Assembly (NCBI RefSeq): GCF_009901585.1
Contig: NZ_WXYO01000002.1
Span: 92,769 to 156,768 of the forward strand
Origin: Poritiphilus flavus
Lineage (GTDB): Bacteria; Bacteroidota; Bacteroidia; Flavobacteriales; Flavobacteriaceae
DNA length: 64,000 bases
Direction: 5' to 3'
Part shown: piece after piece, positions 1 to 10,082 of the stretch
Layout: each line of letters begins with the position of its first letter
Numbering within the stretch: the first letter of the stretch is position 1
Notes under the pieces: generated by a model
What the model was told of the DNA's origin: nothing
The model's database searches: none
What the model saw: only the letters and a program-made list of their open reading frames with translations
Made by a program: the position numbers and the translations under genes

Positions 1-710
1 CCATACTAATACTTCCCTTGCTGGCTGAGCAGGCGGATTATACCAAAGGAAATAGATTTCACGACTTTACAGCCCTGAAGAGCATGCCAAAAATCAGGCT
101 TTTGGGCAATAGTGTGTTGTCTTTTGTGGTAAAAGCAACCTCCGGCTATTGGAACCTGATGGACCCCACAAACGGCTTTTGTGCCATTTCTTATCCCGCA
201 TTATGTGAGCTTAAGCTGGATAAGATCGACAAGGGATATTTTTTCGAGACCGATATGCTTATCCATTTGAACCTAATCAATAAAGTGGTAATGGATGTTC
301 CTATTGCCGCAATTTACGGGAACGAAATCAGCAATCTACGCATAAGGAACGTCCTGTTTAGTTTTGCGATAAAAGCATGGAAAGGACTGCTTAAAAGAAT
401 TTTTTATAAATACTATATCTACGATTTCAATATGGCCTCTATCTATTTTCTAATTGCAATTCCGCTACTTGTATTCGGTCTTGCATTTGGAGGATACAGA
501 TGGAATATGGGAATCCTGGAGAACTCAGAGAACAATGCGGGTACCATCATGCTGGCGGCCTTGCCGATTATTTTGGGAATTCAATTCTTGTTGCAGGCCA
601 TTAATATAGATATTAGCAGTATTCCTAAAAAAAGCGCTGATTCGTATAGGTCAGATCACATAATGAGTTTTGCCAATAAGAAGAGGAGCGAAAAAAGCTT
701 TTCAAGCTAA
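1..710 (+). CDS. Glycosyltransferase family 2 (DPM1/ArnC-like), 5'-truncated at window edge; the M at 18 is probably internal
   Basis: Frame is open from nt 3. 'DPTNGFCAI' and 'YFFETDMLI' catalytic-region motifs, followed by C-terminal TM helices typical of GT2 bactoprenol-sugar transferases. Confidence 0.65.
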   Translation, partial: ILILPLLAEQADYTKGNRFHDFTALKSMPKIRLLGNSVLSFVVKATSGYWNLMDPTNGFCAISYPALCELKLDKIDKGYFFETDMLIHLNLINKVVMDVPIAAIYGNEISNLRIRNVLFSFAIKAWKGLLKRIFYKYYIYDFNMASIYFLIAIPLLVFGLAFGGYRWNMGILENSENNAGTIMLAALPIILGIQFLLQAINIDISSIPKKSADSYRSDHIMSFANKKRSEKSFSS

Positions 711-1087
711 TCACAGCATAGCCACAGGCTATCCCTTAGCGCAAAGAGGTTTCCCTGAAGGTCTTCCAGCATCTCAATATCTATTGCCGTCTGCATGCGT
801 ACCTTATCATTCAACATTTCAGTGCCAGGGTAGGTGAGCGTGTACACTCCTTCTTCCTGAGACCATTTGAAATCTGTTTGAACGATCTTTTGGTTATCCT
901 GATATTGGTGATGCCGCCCGAGATAGGCGTCATTAAAGATCCATTCCTGCCGAAGTTTACTATTTTTTTCGTTCTGCTCTTCCTTGCTCCAGATCCCTAT
1001 TATAGGATCGTTGTTCTCCGGAATCTTTGAACAGTTGCTGGCAGTCCAAAGGCTGATGATGACCAACACGTAAAGGAGCTTTTTCAC
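707..1087 (-). CDS. Hypothetical lipoprotein (signal peptide plus lipobox 'ASNCS')
   Basis: N-terminal hydrophobic segment followed by a Cys. No recognisable domain. Confidence 0.45.
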   Translation of the reverse strand: MKKLLYVLVIISLWTASNCSKIPENNDPIIGIWSKEEQNEKNSKLRQEWIFNDAYLGRHHQYQDNQKIVQTDFKWSQEEGVYTLTYPGTEMLNDKVRMQTAIDIEMLEDLQGNLFALRDSLWLCCD

Positions 1088-1261
1088 TGGGTATGGTTTG
1101 GTTATCCTGCTACGGAATACCTTAAGTTACCCATGAGTGGCTATAGCTACAAACCCCGTTTCATAAGTGGCTTGTTGTAATTATAAGTGGTTTGATTTTG
1201 AATCTTAACTAACTCAATTCAGGGAAGATAACTTGCCAAAGGTGTTGAACAAAAAGCATTG

Positions 1262-2155
1262 TTATTCCTTAGGAAGCAGTCCTTCTTCGCTATCCTGTGC
1301 AAGGGATACCAATCCGCCCAGGGCCCCAAGGTTCATGGAATCCAGTGCTGAACTTGGAACTATTACCATGGACCCCTTTTCTTTTAGACCTTCAAAAAGC
1401 ATGTTCATTCCTCTGAGATGTAAGGCCACCGGGTTCTTTTTATAGCGCTCACTGGCTTCCGAAAATTTATGTGCTATTTCAGTTTCGGCGGTCCCGAGAA
1501 TAACCCTTGCCCTGCGCTCGCGCTCTGCCTGGGCCTCTTTACTCATAGCATCTGCCAAAACCTGTGGGATGATGATATCCTTTATTCCAACGGTCTGACA
1601 GGTTATTCCCCATGGATTGGTGTTGTGATCCAGGACCTTTTGTAAGTCCAACGCGATCTTTTCCCTTTCCTGAAGAATATCAGCCAATTCATGCTTGCCG
1701 ATGATATCCCTTAATCCTGTTTGTGCGATGTAAAAAATAGCACGTTCATATTCCTGCACTTCCAAGGCGGCCTTTTCCACGTCCCAGACGGTCCAATAGA
1801 CCACTGCATCTACATTGACCGGAACCGTATCTTTTGTCAGGGTCTGTTCGGCCTTAAAGTCGGTAACCCTCACCCGCTGGTCTATATACTTGTCTATCTG
1901 GTCAATAATCGGGATGATAAAAAATATACCCGGGCCTTTAAGGCTTTTGAATTTTCCCATCCTCAGTACCACCGCCTTTTCCCATTGATCTGCAATATGT
2001 ATGGAGCGGGATATAAAGAGGGAAACCAATAACAGCAATGCCAGGGACTGTATGTTTATGATGTCCAGATAGTATAGGGCAAAACATATTACTGATGCTG
2101 TTAGCATTACCGTTGCGGAAATAGGATTCCACAATTTTTTCCTGACTGCTTTCAT
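1262..2155 (-). CDS. SPFH/band-7 (stomatin/prohibitin-like) membrane protein
   Basis: N-terminal TM, then an SPFH core 'VVLRMGKF…IDQRV…VDAVVYW'. Confidence 0.8.
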   Translation of the reverse strand: MKAVRKKLWNPISATVMLTASVICFALYYLDIINIQSLALLLLVSLFISRSIHIADQWEKAVVLRMGKFKSLKGPGIFFIIPIIDQIDKYIDQRVRVTDFKAEQTLTKDTVPVNVDAVVYWTVWDVEKAALEVQEYERAIFYIAQTGLRDIIGKHELADILQEREKIALDLQKVLDHNTNPWGITCQTVGIKDIIIPQVLADAMSKEAQAERERRARVILGTAETEIAHKFSEASERYKKNPVALHLRGMNMLFEGLKEKGSMVIVPSSALDSMNLGALGGLVSLAQDSEEGLLPKE

Positions 2156-2156
2156 A

Positions 2157-2526
2157 TCATTGTTGTTTTTTTAGTTGATCGATTATGTCATCTACAGAAA
2201 AGCCATAGCTGTAAGCAATAGAAGAGAATTCACTACATATATCCTTTAGTTTTTCCTCTTTTTCCCTGGCCGATATTTTAACCTTGTTTTCGTTGATAAA
2301 TGTTCCGGTACCCTGATGGGTCTCCAGAATATTCTGGATTTCGAGTTCCTTGTAAGCTTTGGCAATGGTATTTAGATTGACCTTTAATTCCACAGCCAGA
2401 GACCGGACGGTGGGCAGCTGCTCTCCTGTCTTCAGGTTTCCGGAGGCAATCCCAAATTTGATTTGATCAATGATTTGCCTGTAAAATGGGATTCCGGTCT
2501 TAGGATCCAATCTAAATTTGATCATT
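2157..2526 (-). CDS. GntR-family HTH transcriptional regulator. The true start is the internal Met 'MIKFRLD'; the upstream part of the ORF is AT-rich promoter read-through
   Basis: 'IPFYRQIIDQIKFGIASGNLKTGEQLPTVRSLAVELKVNLNTIAKAYKEL' is a GntR winged HTH. ATG reverse-complement at 2524-2526. Confidence 0.75.
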
Positions 2527-2727
2527 GTACTATTATAACATTGTAATATATGTATAGTACAAATATACAATAAAATTTTAAATGAAAGAATATCAGTTGG
2601 ATAATTTAGATTTTTCAAGAATGGTACGGTAATTGCAATATTTATGTAAACAAAAACGTTTACAATTAGTAAATAAATTTGTTTACTTTTTTTATATTTA
2701 CTTAGTTTTATTTTAATAACCGGAAAT

Positions 2728-3240
2728 ATGTTGCCTAGATTAAATAAAGTAAAAGGAGTACATCCCGGTGCTCTGCTAAGAAGGGAGTTAGCGCTTAGGA
2801 ATATTAAGGGTTCTGACTTAGCGGAATCTGTTGATGAACATAAGCAAACAATAAGTGCAATCCTTAATAAGAGGAGGGATATCAATGCTAAACTTTCAAT
2901 CAAGCTTTCAAAAGTGTTCAAGGTGGAAAAGGATTATTTCATGTTATTGCAAGCAAGCTATGATGTCAAAAAAGCAAATGAAAGCCTTCAGAGGGCTTCT
3001 ACCAAAATGGAGAGTTTTAGAAGTGTTTTGTTTTGGGATACTGATATTGATAGAATTGATTGGAATAGAAATAGACATTCTATAATAAAGAGAGTTCTGG
3101 AAAGGGGAAATCACGCAGAAATAAGCGAACTTATTTCAATCTATGGAAAGAAAACTATTTCTAAAGAGGTCAGCAAAATTAAAGGAAGAACCCTTCCTTC
3201 ATTACGTAAGAATCTCAAAAAATATGACCTTGTCAATTGA
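2728..3240 (+). CDS. HigA-like XRE-family HTH antitoxin domain with a ~75-aa C-terminal extension
   Basis: 'VHPGALLRRELA…SDLAESVDEHKQTISAILNKRRDI' matches the HigA HTH_3 signature 'hPGe.L'. 4-bp overlap with the next gene. Confidence 0.6.
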   Translation: MLPRLNKVKGVHPGALLRRELALRNIKGSDLAESVDEHKQTISAILNKRRDINAKLSIKLSKVFKVEKDYFMLLQASYDVKKANESLQRASTKMESFRSVLFWDTDIDRIDWNRNRHSIIKRVLERGNHAEISELISIYGKKTISKEVSKIKGRTLPSLRKNLKKYDLVN

Positions 3241-3875
3241 TGAATTTGCATTTTAATACTGTTTCGAACCTCCTTATGACTTCCCTTGACAAGTTGATGG
3301 AGATCGATGAGTTGGACGAATTTCGGCTCGTTGGAGGTACTTCCCTGAGCTTACAGATGGGGCATAGGGAATCTGTGGATATTGATTTATTTACAGACCA
3401 GGAATACGGAACCGTAGATTTCAATAAAATTGACGAAATACTCAGAAAGTCCTTTGTATATGTAGACTCACTTCATTTAGGCGACGTAACTATCGGAAAA
3501 TCCTATTTTGTTGGAGAAAATCGAGAAAACCTGATCAAATTGGATTTGTTCTGCACAGATAGTTTTGTATTCCCAATAGTTCAACACAATAATCTAAGGA
3601 TGGCCAGTATGGAAGAGATCGCTGCGATGAAATTAGAAATTATTGGACAGGGAGGACGCAAGAAAGACTTCTGGGATCTACACGAATTGATCGGCCGATA
3701 TTCTCTAACTGAATTACTGGAATTCTATGTTCGAAGATATCGATATGGTTATACTCAGGATGAAATAAAACAAAAGCTACGTGATTTTAGTCAAGCTGAA
3801 GATGACTTGCCTCCAATATGTCACAAAGATAAAAGTTGGGAATTGATTAAATTGGATTTTGAAGACCTTGTATAA
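3237..3875 (+). CDS. Nucleotidyltransferase, AbiEii/AbiGii-toxin (DUF1814-like) family
   Basis: 'LVGGTSLSLQMGHRESVDIDLF' = minimal NTase motif G[GS]x9-13DxD. Size 212 aa. Translationally coupled to the upstream HTH gene. Confidence 0.55.
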   Translation: MMNLHFNTVSNLLMTSLDKLMEIDELDEFRLVGGTSLSLQMGHRESVDIDLFTDQEYGTVDFNKIDEILRKSFVYVDSLHLGDVTIGKSYFVGENRENLIKLDLFCTDSFVFPIVQHNNLRMASMEEIAAMKLEIIGQGGRKKDFWDLHELIGRYSLTELLEFYVRRYRYGYTQDEIKQKLRDFSQAEDDLPPICHKDKSWELIKLDFEDLV

Positions 3876-4080
3876 ATTAAAAAGCAGAAATCCCCCTATC
3901 TTATTTATGTTTGGGTTTGAAATGTTTTAGGTTGGTTTACTAAGGATTTCGCCAGATCAGATCCTTCGAAACCTTGAATTTGACAAACCTGGGGTTTTCA
4001 TAGGATCCCGGGTTTGAAAAGGATGTTTTTCTATCGATAAATTCAACCATCATGTCTAAGAACTCATTTCTTCCCATCAC

Positions 4081-6930
4081 TCACACCTTACTGGGAAGCA
4101 CTCCAAACTTTTCCTTGAAACTTTTTGTAAAATAAGACATATTGGTGAAGCCAACCGAATAGGCAATTTCCGAGACCGAACCGACCTTTTGTTTCAACAT
4201 GTTCTTAGCCTTTTTTAATCGGATCTCATTGACCAATTGCCCGGCGCTTTTGTTGGTGAGCGCTTTGAGTTTTCGATGTAATTGTGCCCTGCTAAAACCT
4301 ACTTTGGAGGCAATATCTTCCACTGAGAGCAACTCATTATCTATATTATCTTTGATAATTTTCACCACTTTTTGCAGAAAAGTATCATCCACAGAACTCA
4401 GGTTTAAATCAGATATGGCAACTAAGTCAAGCGACTGCAGATGTTCCCAAACCTTTTTACGTGCATCGATCAGATTTCTGACACGCAGCAATAACTCATC
4501 CGCATTGAATGGTTTGGTAATATAGGCATCTGCCCCTTGTGTTAGCCCCGCCATTTTGCTGGATTGTCCTGCCTTGGCAGTCAACATGATAACTGGAATG
4601 TGGCTGGTTTTTATGTTGTTCTTTAAGGAACTGCACAATTCGTAGCCGTCTTTTTTGGGCATCATAACATCGCTGATGATCAGATCGGGTATATGCTCAA
4701 ATGCCATTCTTTCTCCTTGCAGCCCATCATTAGCAGTGAGAACCTTATACCGATCTTCCAAAATCTCTGAAATGTGACTTTGCAGATCCTGGTTGTCTTC
4801 CACCAACAGAACCACTTCTTCCTGAATTGGTTGAACCAAGGGTTCGGCAATGGAAACTTCAGTTTCTTTCAAAGGAGGGGTTTCTAAATCTGAAGGTTTA
4901 GAAATGTCTTTCTCTATCCTTACGGATTGCGGAAGACCTTCCGGCAGTATAGGAATTCTCAGTTTGAAAGTGGTTCCCCGGCCCTTTTCGCTATGTACAC
5001 TGATTTGTCCGTTATGCAAATCAACCAGTTCCTTGGTTAGGGCCAGGCCTATACCGGATCCTTTGGTTTCGGTCCCTTCCACACGATAAAACCGATCAAA
5101 GATCCGATCGATCTCCCTTTTGTTCATGCCATTGCCGGTATCGCTGATCTCTATTGAGATGTTTTTATCCGTATGCCCAATATTCACACTAACCGCACCC
5201 CCTGCCGGAGTATATTTAAAGGCGTTGGAAAGCAGGTTGTTGATTATTTTTTCCAGTTTGTCCTTATCGTAATAGGCCAGCTCAGGTTCACTTGAAAAAT
5301 GGGTGTTCAAACTGATATTTTGACGCTCCGCAAGGCTTTCGAATGAGAAAATATGTGACCGTAGAAATTGGATCAAACCTCCCTTACTCAGTTTCAGGTA
5401 CAGATTACCACTTTCAATTTTAGATAGATCCAACAGCTGATCAACCAACATTTGAAGGCGCATGGTATTCTTCTTAATAACGCCAAAGGTCTTGTCGGAT
5501 AAAACAATGGATTTATCACCCCTGTCATCCGAAGATTTTTTCGCTTGTTGCAGCGGGCCGTTTATCAAAGTCAAAGGGGTTCTAAATTCGTGACTGACAT
5601 TGGCGAAAAAGCGGGTTTTAACTTCATCCAGATCTTTCATTCTTTGTATTTCTGCGAGAGACCGGGCAGCATTCAAACGTTCAAGTTCATTCTGCTGGTT
5701 TATCTTCTGGCTGCGATAAGCAATGCCGAAGGAATAAATGATAATCTGCAGGAACATGCCTGTTCCGTATGGGTCAAGTCTGAAAGGAGGTCTTATTATT
5801 CCCATAGACCACAGTGTACCGATGATCAGAAAAATACTGGCAATCAGGGAGCCGATACCAAAGTATCTTGCGAAGAGATCCTTTTTAAGGGACAGGACGA
5901 TAGATAGTATGAGGCTTCCAAAAGTGTAAAGGTTCAGAAACTGATAATGAATACCGGGTCCTGTAAAATGAATGTTCGGTTTAAAAAAGATCACATAGAG
6001 TGTCATCAGAACAATTTCAATCAATACAAAAAAGGCCAACCCCAGAATGAACTTGTCCAGAAGAGGGAACTTACGTTTTGATTCTATAAAAGAGCGGCCA
6101 AAGAACCAGAAGGTAAAAAAGATGCCGTTGGCGAAGAACATCCAAAAAGGAAATCGGATGTTTTGTAAAACACCAATTATAAGTCCATTGGCCATCGCCT
6201 GGGTAATCACACAGAAAAATAACCACAAAGAGAACCAGAAGAAAATGGATTCTTTTAGATAGATGTATTGTAACAAAAAGAACAGAAAAACAATAAATGT
6301 TACTCCGAACAAAAAGGTATTGAAAGAGTTGTGGAATTGATAGATCTGATGGTAATAAGGCTGATCCGGGCTTCGCGCGCTTAAATTAAAGTAGGCCGGA
6401 TAACCAAAACTGTTTCCTCTGGCTCTAATAATAAGTGTAACGGTTTCCCCAACCGGTAATTCTTGCAGTTTGATGCTGTTTAAGACCCAGCTCCCTTTTG
6501 CGGCTCGTTCTTTTTTGGAATACTCTACTCCGGTTTTTTGGTGGAAGATCAGTTTGCTCCCGGCATAGGCATAAACATCAACTTTGCCGTTGCTTTTGGT
6601 CCAGGCGGGCGGCCCTATCATTTTATCCTCAAAATGCAGCATCCAGTTTGTCAGCGTGTCCAGGGCCTTTACTCGTAGTTTCCCCCAATAAGTGAGATTG
6701 CTATTGAGAAGACGGGGTAACTCATCTCCTCTGCTAAAATGCAGAATACTGTCCCGGAGCAAGTATTCCGCCGAAAGACTGTCTGTGCTATCAGTGTAAA
6801 CCTGCAGCTGGCTATTCAAATCGTGAACCGGGTATTGCGGGTCAATTTCATAAGTGTCTTGCCCGGATACCAGGTTCACAAAAAACAGGAAAATCGGAAT
6901 GTAGTGGAGTTTAGCCATCATATTTAGCAA
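4081..6930 (-). CDS. Hybrid sensor histidine kinase/response regulator with N-terminal 7TMR-DISM sensor and C-terminal AraC-type HTH
   Basis: Signal peptide, periplasmic domain, ~7 TM helices, HisKA 'SHEFRTPLT', HATPase 'GSGIGLAL', REC 'LLVEDN…DLIISDVMMP', AraC HTH at the C-terminus. Confidence 0.85.
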   Translation of the reverse strand: MLNMMAKLHYIPIFLFFVNLVSGQDTYEIDPQYPVHDLNSQLQVYTDSTDSLSAEYLLRDSILHFSRGDELPRLLNSNLTYWGKLRVKALDTLTNWMLHFEDKMIGPPAWTKSNGKVDVYAYAGSKLIFHQKTGVEYSKKERAAKGSWVLNSIKLQELPVGETVTLIIRARGNSFGYPAYFNLSARSPDQPYYHQIYQFHNSFNTFLFGVTFIVFLFFLLQYIYLKESIFFWFSLWLFFCVITQAMANGLIIGVLQNIRFPFWMFFANGIFFTFWFFGRSFIESKRKFPLLDKFILGLAFFVLIEIVLMTLYVIFFKPNIHFTGPGIHYQFLNLYTFGSLILSIVLSLKKDLFARYFGIGSLIASIFLIIGTLWSMGIIRPPFRLDPYGTGMFLQIIIYSFGIAYRSQKINQQNELERLNAARSLAEIQRMKDLDEVKTRFFANVSHEFRTPLTLINGPLQQAKKSSDDRGDKSIVLSDKTFGVIKKNTMRLQMLVDQLLDLSKIESGNLYLKLSKGGLIQFLRSHIFSFESLAERQNISLNTHFSSEPELAYYDKDKLEKIINNLLSNAFKYTPAGGAVSVNIGHTDKNISIEISDTGNGMNKREIDRIFDRFYRVEGTETKGSGIGLALTKELVDLHNGQISVHSEKGRGTTFKLRIPILPEGLPQSVRIEKDISKPSDLETPPLKETEVSIAEPLVQPIQEEVVLLVEDNQDLQSHISEILEDRYKVLTANDGLQGERMAFEHIPDLIISDVMMPKKDGYELCSSLKNNIKTSHIPVIMLTAKAGQSSKMAGLTQGADAYITKPFNADELLLRVRNLIDARKKVWEHLQSLDLVAISDLNLSSVDDTFLQKVVKIIKDNIDNELLSVEDIASKVGFSRAQLHRKLKALTNKSAGQLVNEIRLKKAKNMLKQKVGSVSEIAYSVGFTNMSYFTKSFKEKFGVLPSKV

Positions 6931-7166
6931 GAAAAAAGATAATGAAATTTCTACAGGGTAGCTACTGTATGCTAAGTTCGATGGTATTGATGGTTTGCAC
7001 TAACAGCTGTGTATCATGAAATGACACTTTTGTCTCCTCTTGAAAAGTTTGAATCAAATCTACCAGAATCTGCAACCTGACTGTCAATCCACATTGATCC
7101 CCAGAGATACCTTTGACTTCATTGAATCAGCACAATCAATTTAGAGTTTAACTAAAAGCATAAACA

Positions 7167-7709
7167 ATGAACAGAAAAACATTTATAACCCAATTAGGAG
7201 GAACAGGACTTGCGGCCATACTGCCTGTTGGCGTACATGCCAGCTCAAAAAGATCCATTAAATCATCAATTGATACAAAGGAAAAAGTAGTTCGCGCGAA
7301 TGAAGGTACAGAGCTGCGAATATTTGGCAATCCGCAATGGCAAAAAGTAGTAGGAGCCGATACGGATAATCAGATCTTCGAATGGATTGATGACCTCAGT
7401 CCCGGATCAGGCATACCACCGCATATACATACCAAAGAAGATGAGATCTTCAGGGTACTTAGCGGGCAGGTAGAATTAATGGTCGACAATAAATCTACCA
7501 TTTTAGGAGAAGGCGATATGGCGTATGCTCCTAAAAATATAGTCCATTCCTGGAAGGTCATAGGAGATCAAAAAGCCAGAATGTGGGTCAGTGCCTTTCC
7601 CTCGGGGATGGAACATATGTTTAAGGAATTGAATGATTTGCCACCAGGCAAACCGGATTTCGAAGAGGTGGTCAGAATTTCTAAGACCTACGGGATAAAA
7701 TTCCTGTAA
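7167..7709 (+). CDS. Cupin-domain protein with N-terminal signal sequence
   Basis: 'GIPPHIHTKEDEIFRVLSGQVEL' is a cupin_2 metal-binding motif. Confidence 0.65.
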   Translation: MNRKTFITQLGGTGLAAILPVGVHASSKRSIKSSIDTKEKVVRANEGTELRIFGNPQWQKVVGADTDNQIFEWIDDLSPGSGIPPHIHTKEDEIFRVLSGQVELMVDNKSTILGEGDMAYAPKNIVHSWKVIGDQKARMWVSAFPSGMEHMFKELNDLPPGKPDFEEVVRISKTYGIKFL

Positions 7710-7733
7710 TAGTAAATAAAAATAAATCCAAAT

Positions 7734-8246
7734 ATGTTTATCATGAAAAAGAGTAAATATTTAAATGGAATTACGGCTTTAGTGCTTACCGTGTTGATTT
7801 TCGGTTGCGAAAGTGATGACAGCGATAACAACCCGGTAGCTGAGGCCTGGGAACTGGAAGTAGAACAGCTCAAATCTGAGACTTTGCAGTTTATGGATTT
7901 TAGTGTAGCGGAGAATGAAGGAAGGATAGATGTCTCAGGTTACGTCCCTAATATGGGGCATCACTATTTGAATCCGGCATTAGTTGATGGCACCTTTGAA
8001 TTGGACAAACCCGAAATCATCCTTTATGTGCCGGACCAAAATGGTGGTATGCAAATGGTAGCTGTCGAATACGCGATCATCCCGGAAAACCCGGATAATC
8101 CTGGAAATCCACCTGAAGGATTTACAGGGGATCAGGATGTTTGGCATTTTAACGAAATGGTAGGGCAATGGCAATTGCATGTCTGGACTATACTGGAGAA
8201 CCCGGATGGAATATTCGCTCCGTTTAACCCTGCCATAGGCGATTAG
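7734..8246 (+). CDS. Hypothetical lipoprotein
   Basis: Lipobox 'LIFGCES'. No known domain recognised. Confidence 0.45.
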   Translation: MFIMKKSKYLNGITALVLTVLIFGCESDDSDNNPVAEAWELEVEQLKSETLQFMDFSVAENEGRIDVSGYVPNMGHHYLNPALVDGTFELDKPEIILYVPDQNGGMQMVAVEYAIIPENPDNPGNPPEGFTGDQDVWHFNEMVGQWQLHVWTILENPDGIFAPFNPAIGD

Positions 8247-8268
8247 CCAAAGATTTGTATTAGCTATT

Positions 8269-8300
8269 TAAACCGAAGCGCTACTGTTTCGGTTTTTTGT
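8269..8300 (+). terminator. Rho-independent terminator
   Basis: aaaccgaag-cgctactgt-ttcggttt hairpin followed by TTTTTT. Confidence 0.7.
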
Positions 8301-8652
8301 ATTGGAAAAACATTTTAAAGGATAAGAAAATCAGTATTTTAAGGAAAAGGTGTATCCCAATTGGGAGAGTAGTGTAAAAGTTATTAAGCAAGTGGTAGAA
8401 AGAGGTTAAGTAAATACCATAGACTTAGTAGCTAAGTCTTGGAAATATACCAGGAAAGTAAGAATGGGATATTAAGTATTTCGGAGGCATATACTTAATA
8501 AGTGAGATACATTCGATAAGCATATGGAATTATCGGTCTTTAAAACCGAAGAGTAGGCCATACTCCATGGAGAGATTCTAAAACTCCAGGTAATTGTTGA
8601 CTTACTTTGAAGAAAAAGGCCGTCGAATTTTTTACAAAATAGGAACCTTAAG

Positions 8653-9744
8653 TTATTTATAGAGTATTTTTTTGATTTCCTCTGTAATTTTGATTGTCTT
8701 GACGCCATGTAGATTTGACAACAGAACAATTGTATAATTATCATCGGTAAGGTGAGTCAGAATTGCACTAAAGCCATTAATACTTCCCGAATGACGAACC
8801 CATTTAGGCCCGCTATGTTTATCTGGGAGGCTGACGAACCATCCATAGGCATAATTGTCCTTTGTTGGTAGTGAAGGGGTAAACATGACATCCATGTATT
8901 TTTGGGAGAGCAACTTGTTGGAAAACAATGACAGACTGAACAAAAATAAATCCTCCACTGTCGATACAATATCCCCGGACCCTTTTACTATAGATTGGTC
9001 CCAGGGAGGGGCATTTATTACTTCCTTTCCGGTATTTGCATAACCTTCTGCCCTTTGGTCCAGTATGGTTCTAAATTTGGCAACGCTAGTATTGTCCATT
9101 CTGGCTATATCAAAAATCTCAGTTTGAAGTATTTCAGCAAACTCTTTTCTTTTAACCTTCTCCAGAATGACTGTAAGTAAATAATATCCCAGATTACTAT
9201 ATTTAAAATTAGTTCCCGGCTCAAACTTCAGTTCCTTATCCTGAAAATAAGCCAACATCATCTCTTGGGAATGGCCCAGACGTTCCAGGTTCCATTCAAA
9301 ACCAGGAATATCCGGAAAATCAATTATACCAGAAGTGTGTGATAAAAGATGGTGTATGGTGATTTTATCACCAGGTGTTTTCGGATAATCGGGTAAATAA
9401 TCGGTAATCCTCTTGTTCAAATCCAATAATCCCTCCTCCACAGCTTTAAGAACTGCGAGAGCAGTAAACGGCTTGGTGACAGATCCTATCTGAAATTTTG
9501 TGGATATGGTATTTGGAGTTTTCCATTCCATATTCGATTCTCCGAAGGCATTCTGATAAATAATTTTTCCATGCTTGGCAACTAATGCAGCTCCTTGAAA
9601 GCTTCTCTTTTCGAATTCGGAGTTTAACAATGAATCTATTTGTTCATATTCTTCGCCTTCAACAATTTGACCTTTGCAAAATATAGATGTTAACGCTAAG
9701 AAGAAAACAAAAAGTCTTTTGAACTGGGATTCATACTTTCTCAT
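8653..9744 (-). CDS. Serine hydrolase, class-C beta-lactamase/transpeptidase family. Start taken at 'MRKYES'
   Basis: S-x-x-K motif 'IGSVTKPFTA'. Paralog of the hydrolase at 35191..36279. Confidence 0.75.
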   Translation of the reverse strand: MRKYESQFKRLFVFFLALTSIFCKGQIVEGEEYEQIDSLLNSEFEKRSFQGAALVAKHGKIIYQNAFGESNMEWKTPNTISTKFQIGSVTKPFTALAVLKAVEEGLLDLNKRITDYLPDYPKTPGDKITIHHLLSHTSGIIDFPDIPGFEWNLERLGHSQEMMLAYFQDKELKFEPGTNFKYSNLGYYLLTVILEKVKRKEFAEILQTEIFDIARMDNTSVAKFRTILDQRAEGYANTGKEVINAPPWDQSIVKGSGDIVSTVEDLFLFSLSLFSNKLLSQKYMDVMFTPSLPTKDNYAYGWFVSLPDKHSGPKWVRHSGSINGFSAILTHLTDDNYTIVLLSNLHGVKTIKITEEIKKILYK

Positions 9745-10082
9745 GATGATCTGATTGTTAAGAAGTAGACTTGTACTTCTTATAGAGAGCTTAAAATTCA
9801 AAACGTTACATCATGAAACAATTTATTTTTTTGCGATTCGAAAGGGTGGATTAGTGTTACTTGCGAAAAGATTGTCAAATTCCAGGAATCCATCGCTCCT
9901 GGATTACTTGCTCCCTATTGAAATTAAATAGTTTAATCCCTACTTATATTTCACTTTTCATTAAAACGCCTTAAGCCAATACCACGTTTGCCTGAGAAGT
10001 CATCCTTTCGTAAAACTGTAATATTATTCACTGAGGTTAGTGATGATAGAGAATCACCACTCTTGAGCAATGAAAGGACATA

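Noticed and set aside
2527-2921. N-terminal 132-aa extension of ORF 2157..2921
   Set aside because: It is a low-complexity translation of an AT-rich promoter region. The GntR domain starts at the internal Met (2526).
4199-6927. Several + strand ORFs (62–120 aa) across the hybrid kinase gene
   Set aside because: They are antisense to a 949-aa gene with contiguous, recognisable domains.
8472-8744. 90-aa ORF overlapping the 3' end of the beta-lactamase-family gene
   Set aside because: It overlaps the real gene out of frame. The remainder is AT-rich intergenic sequence.
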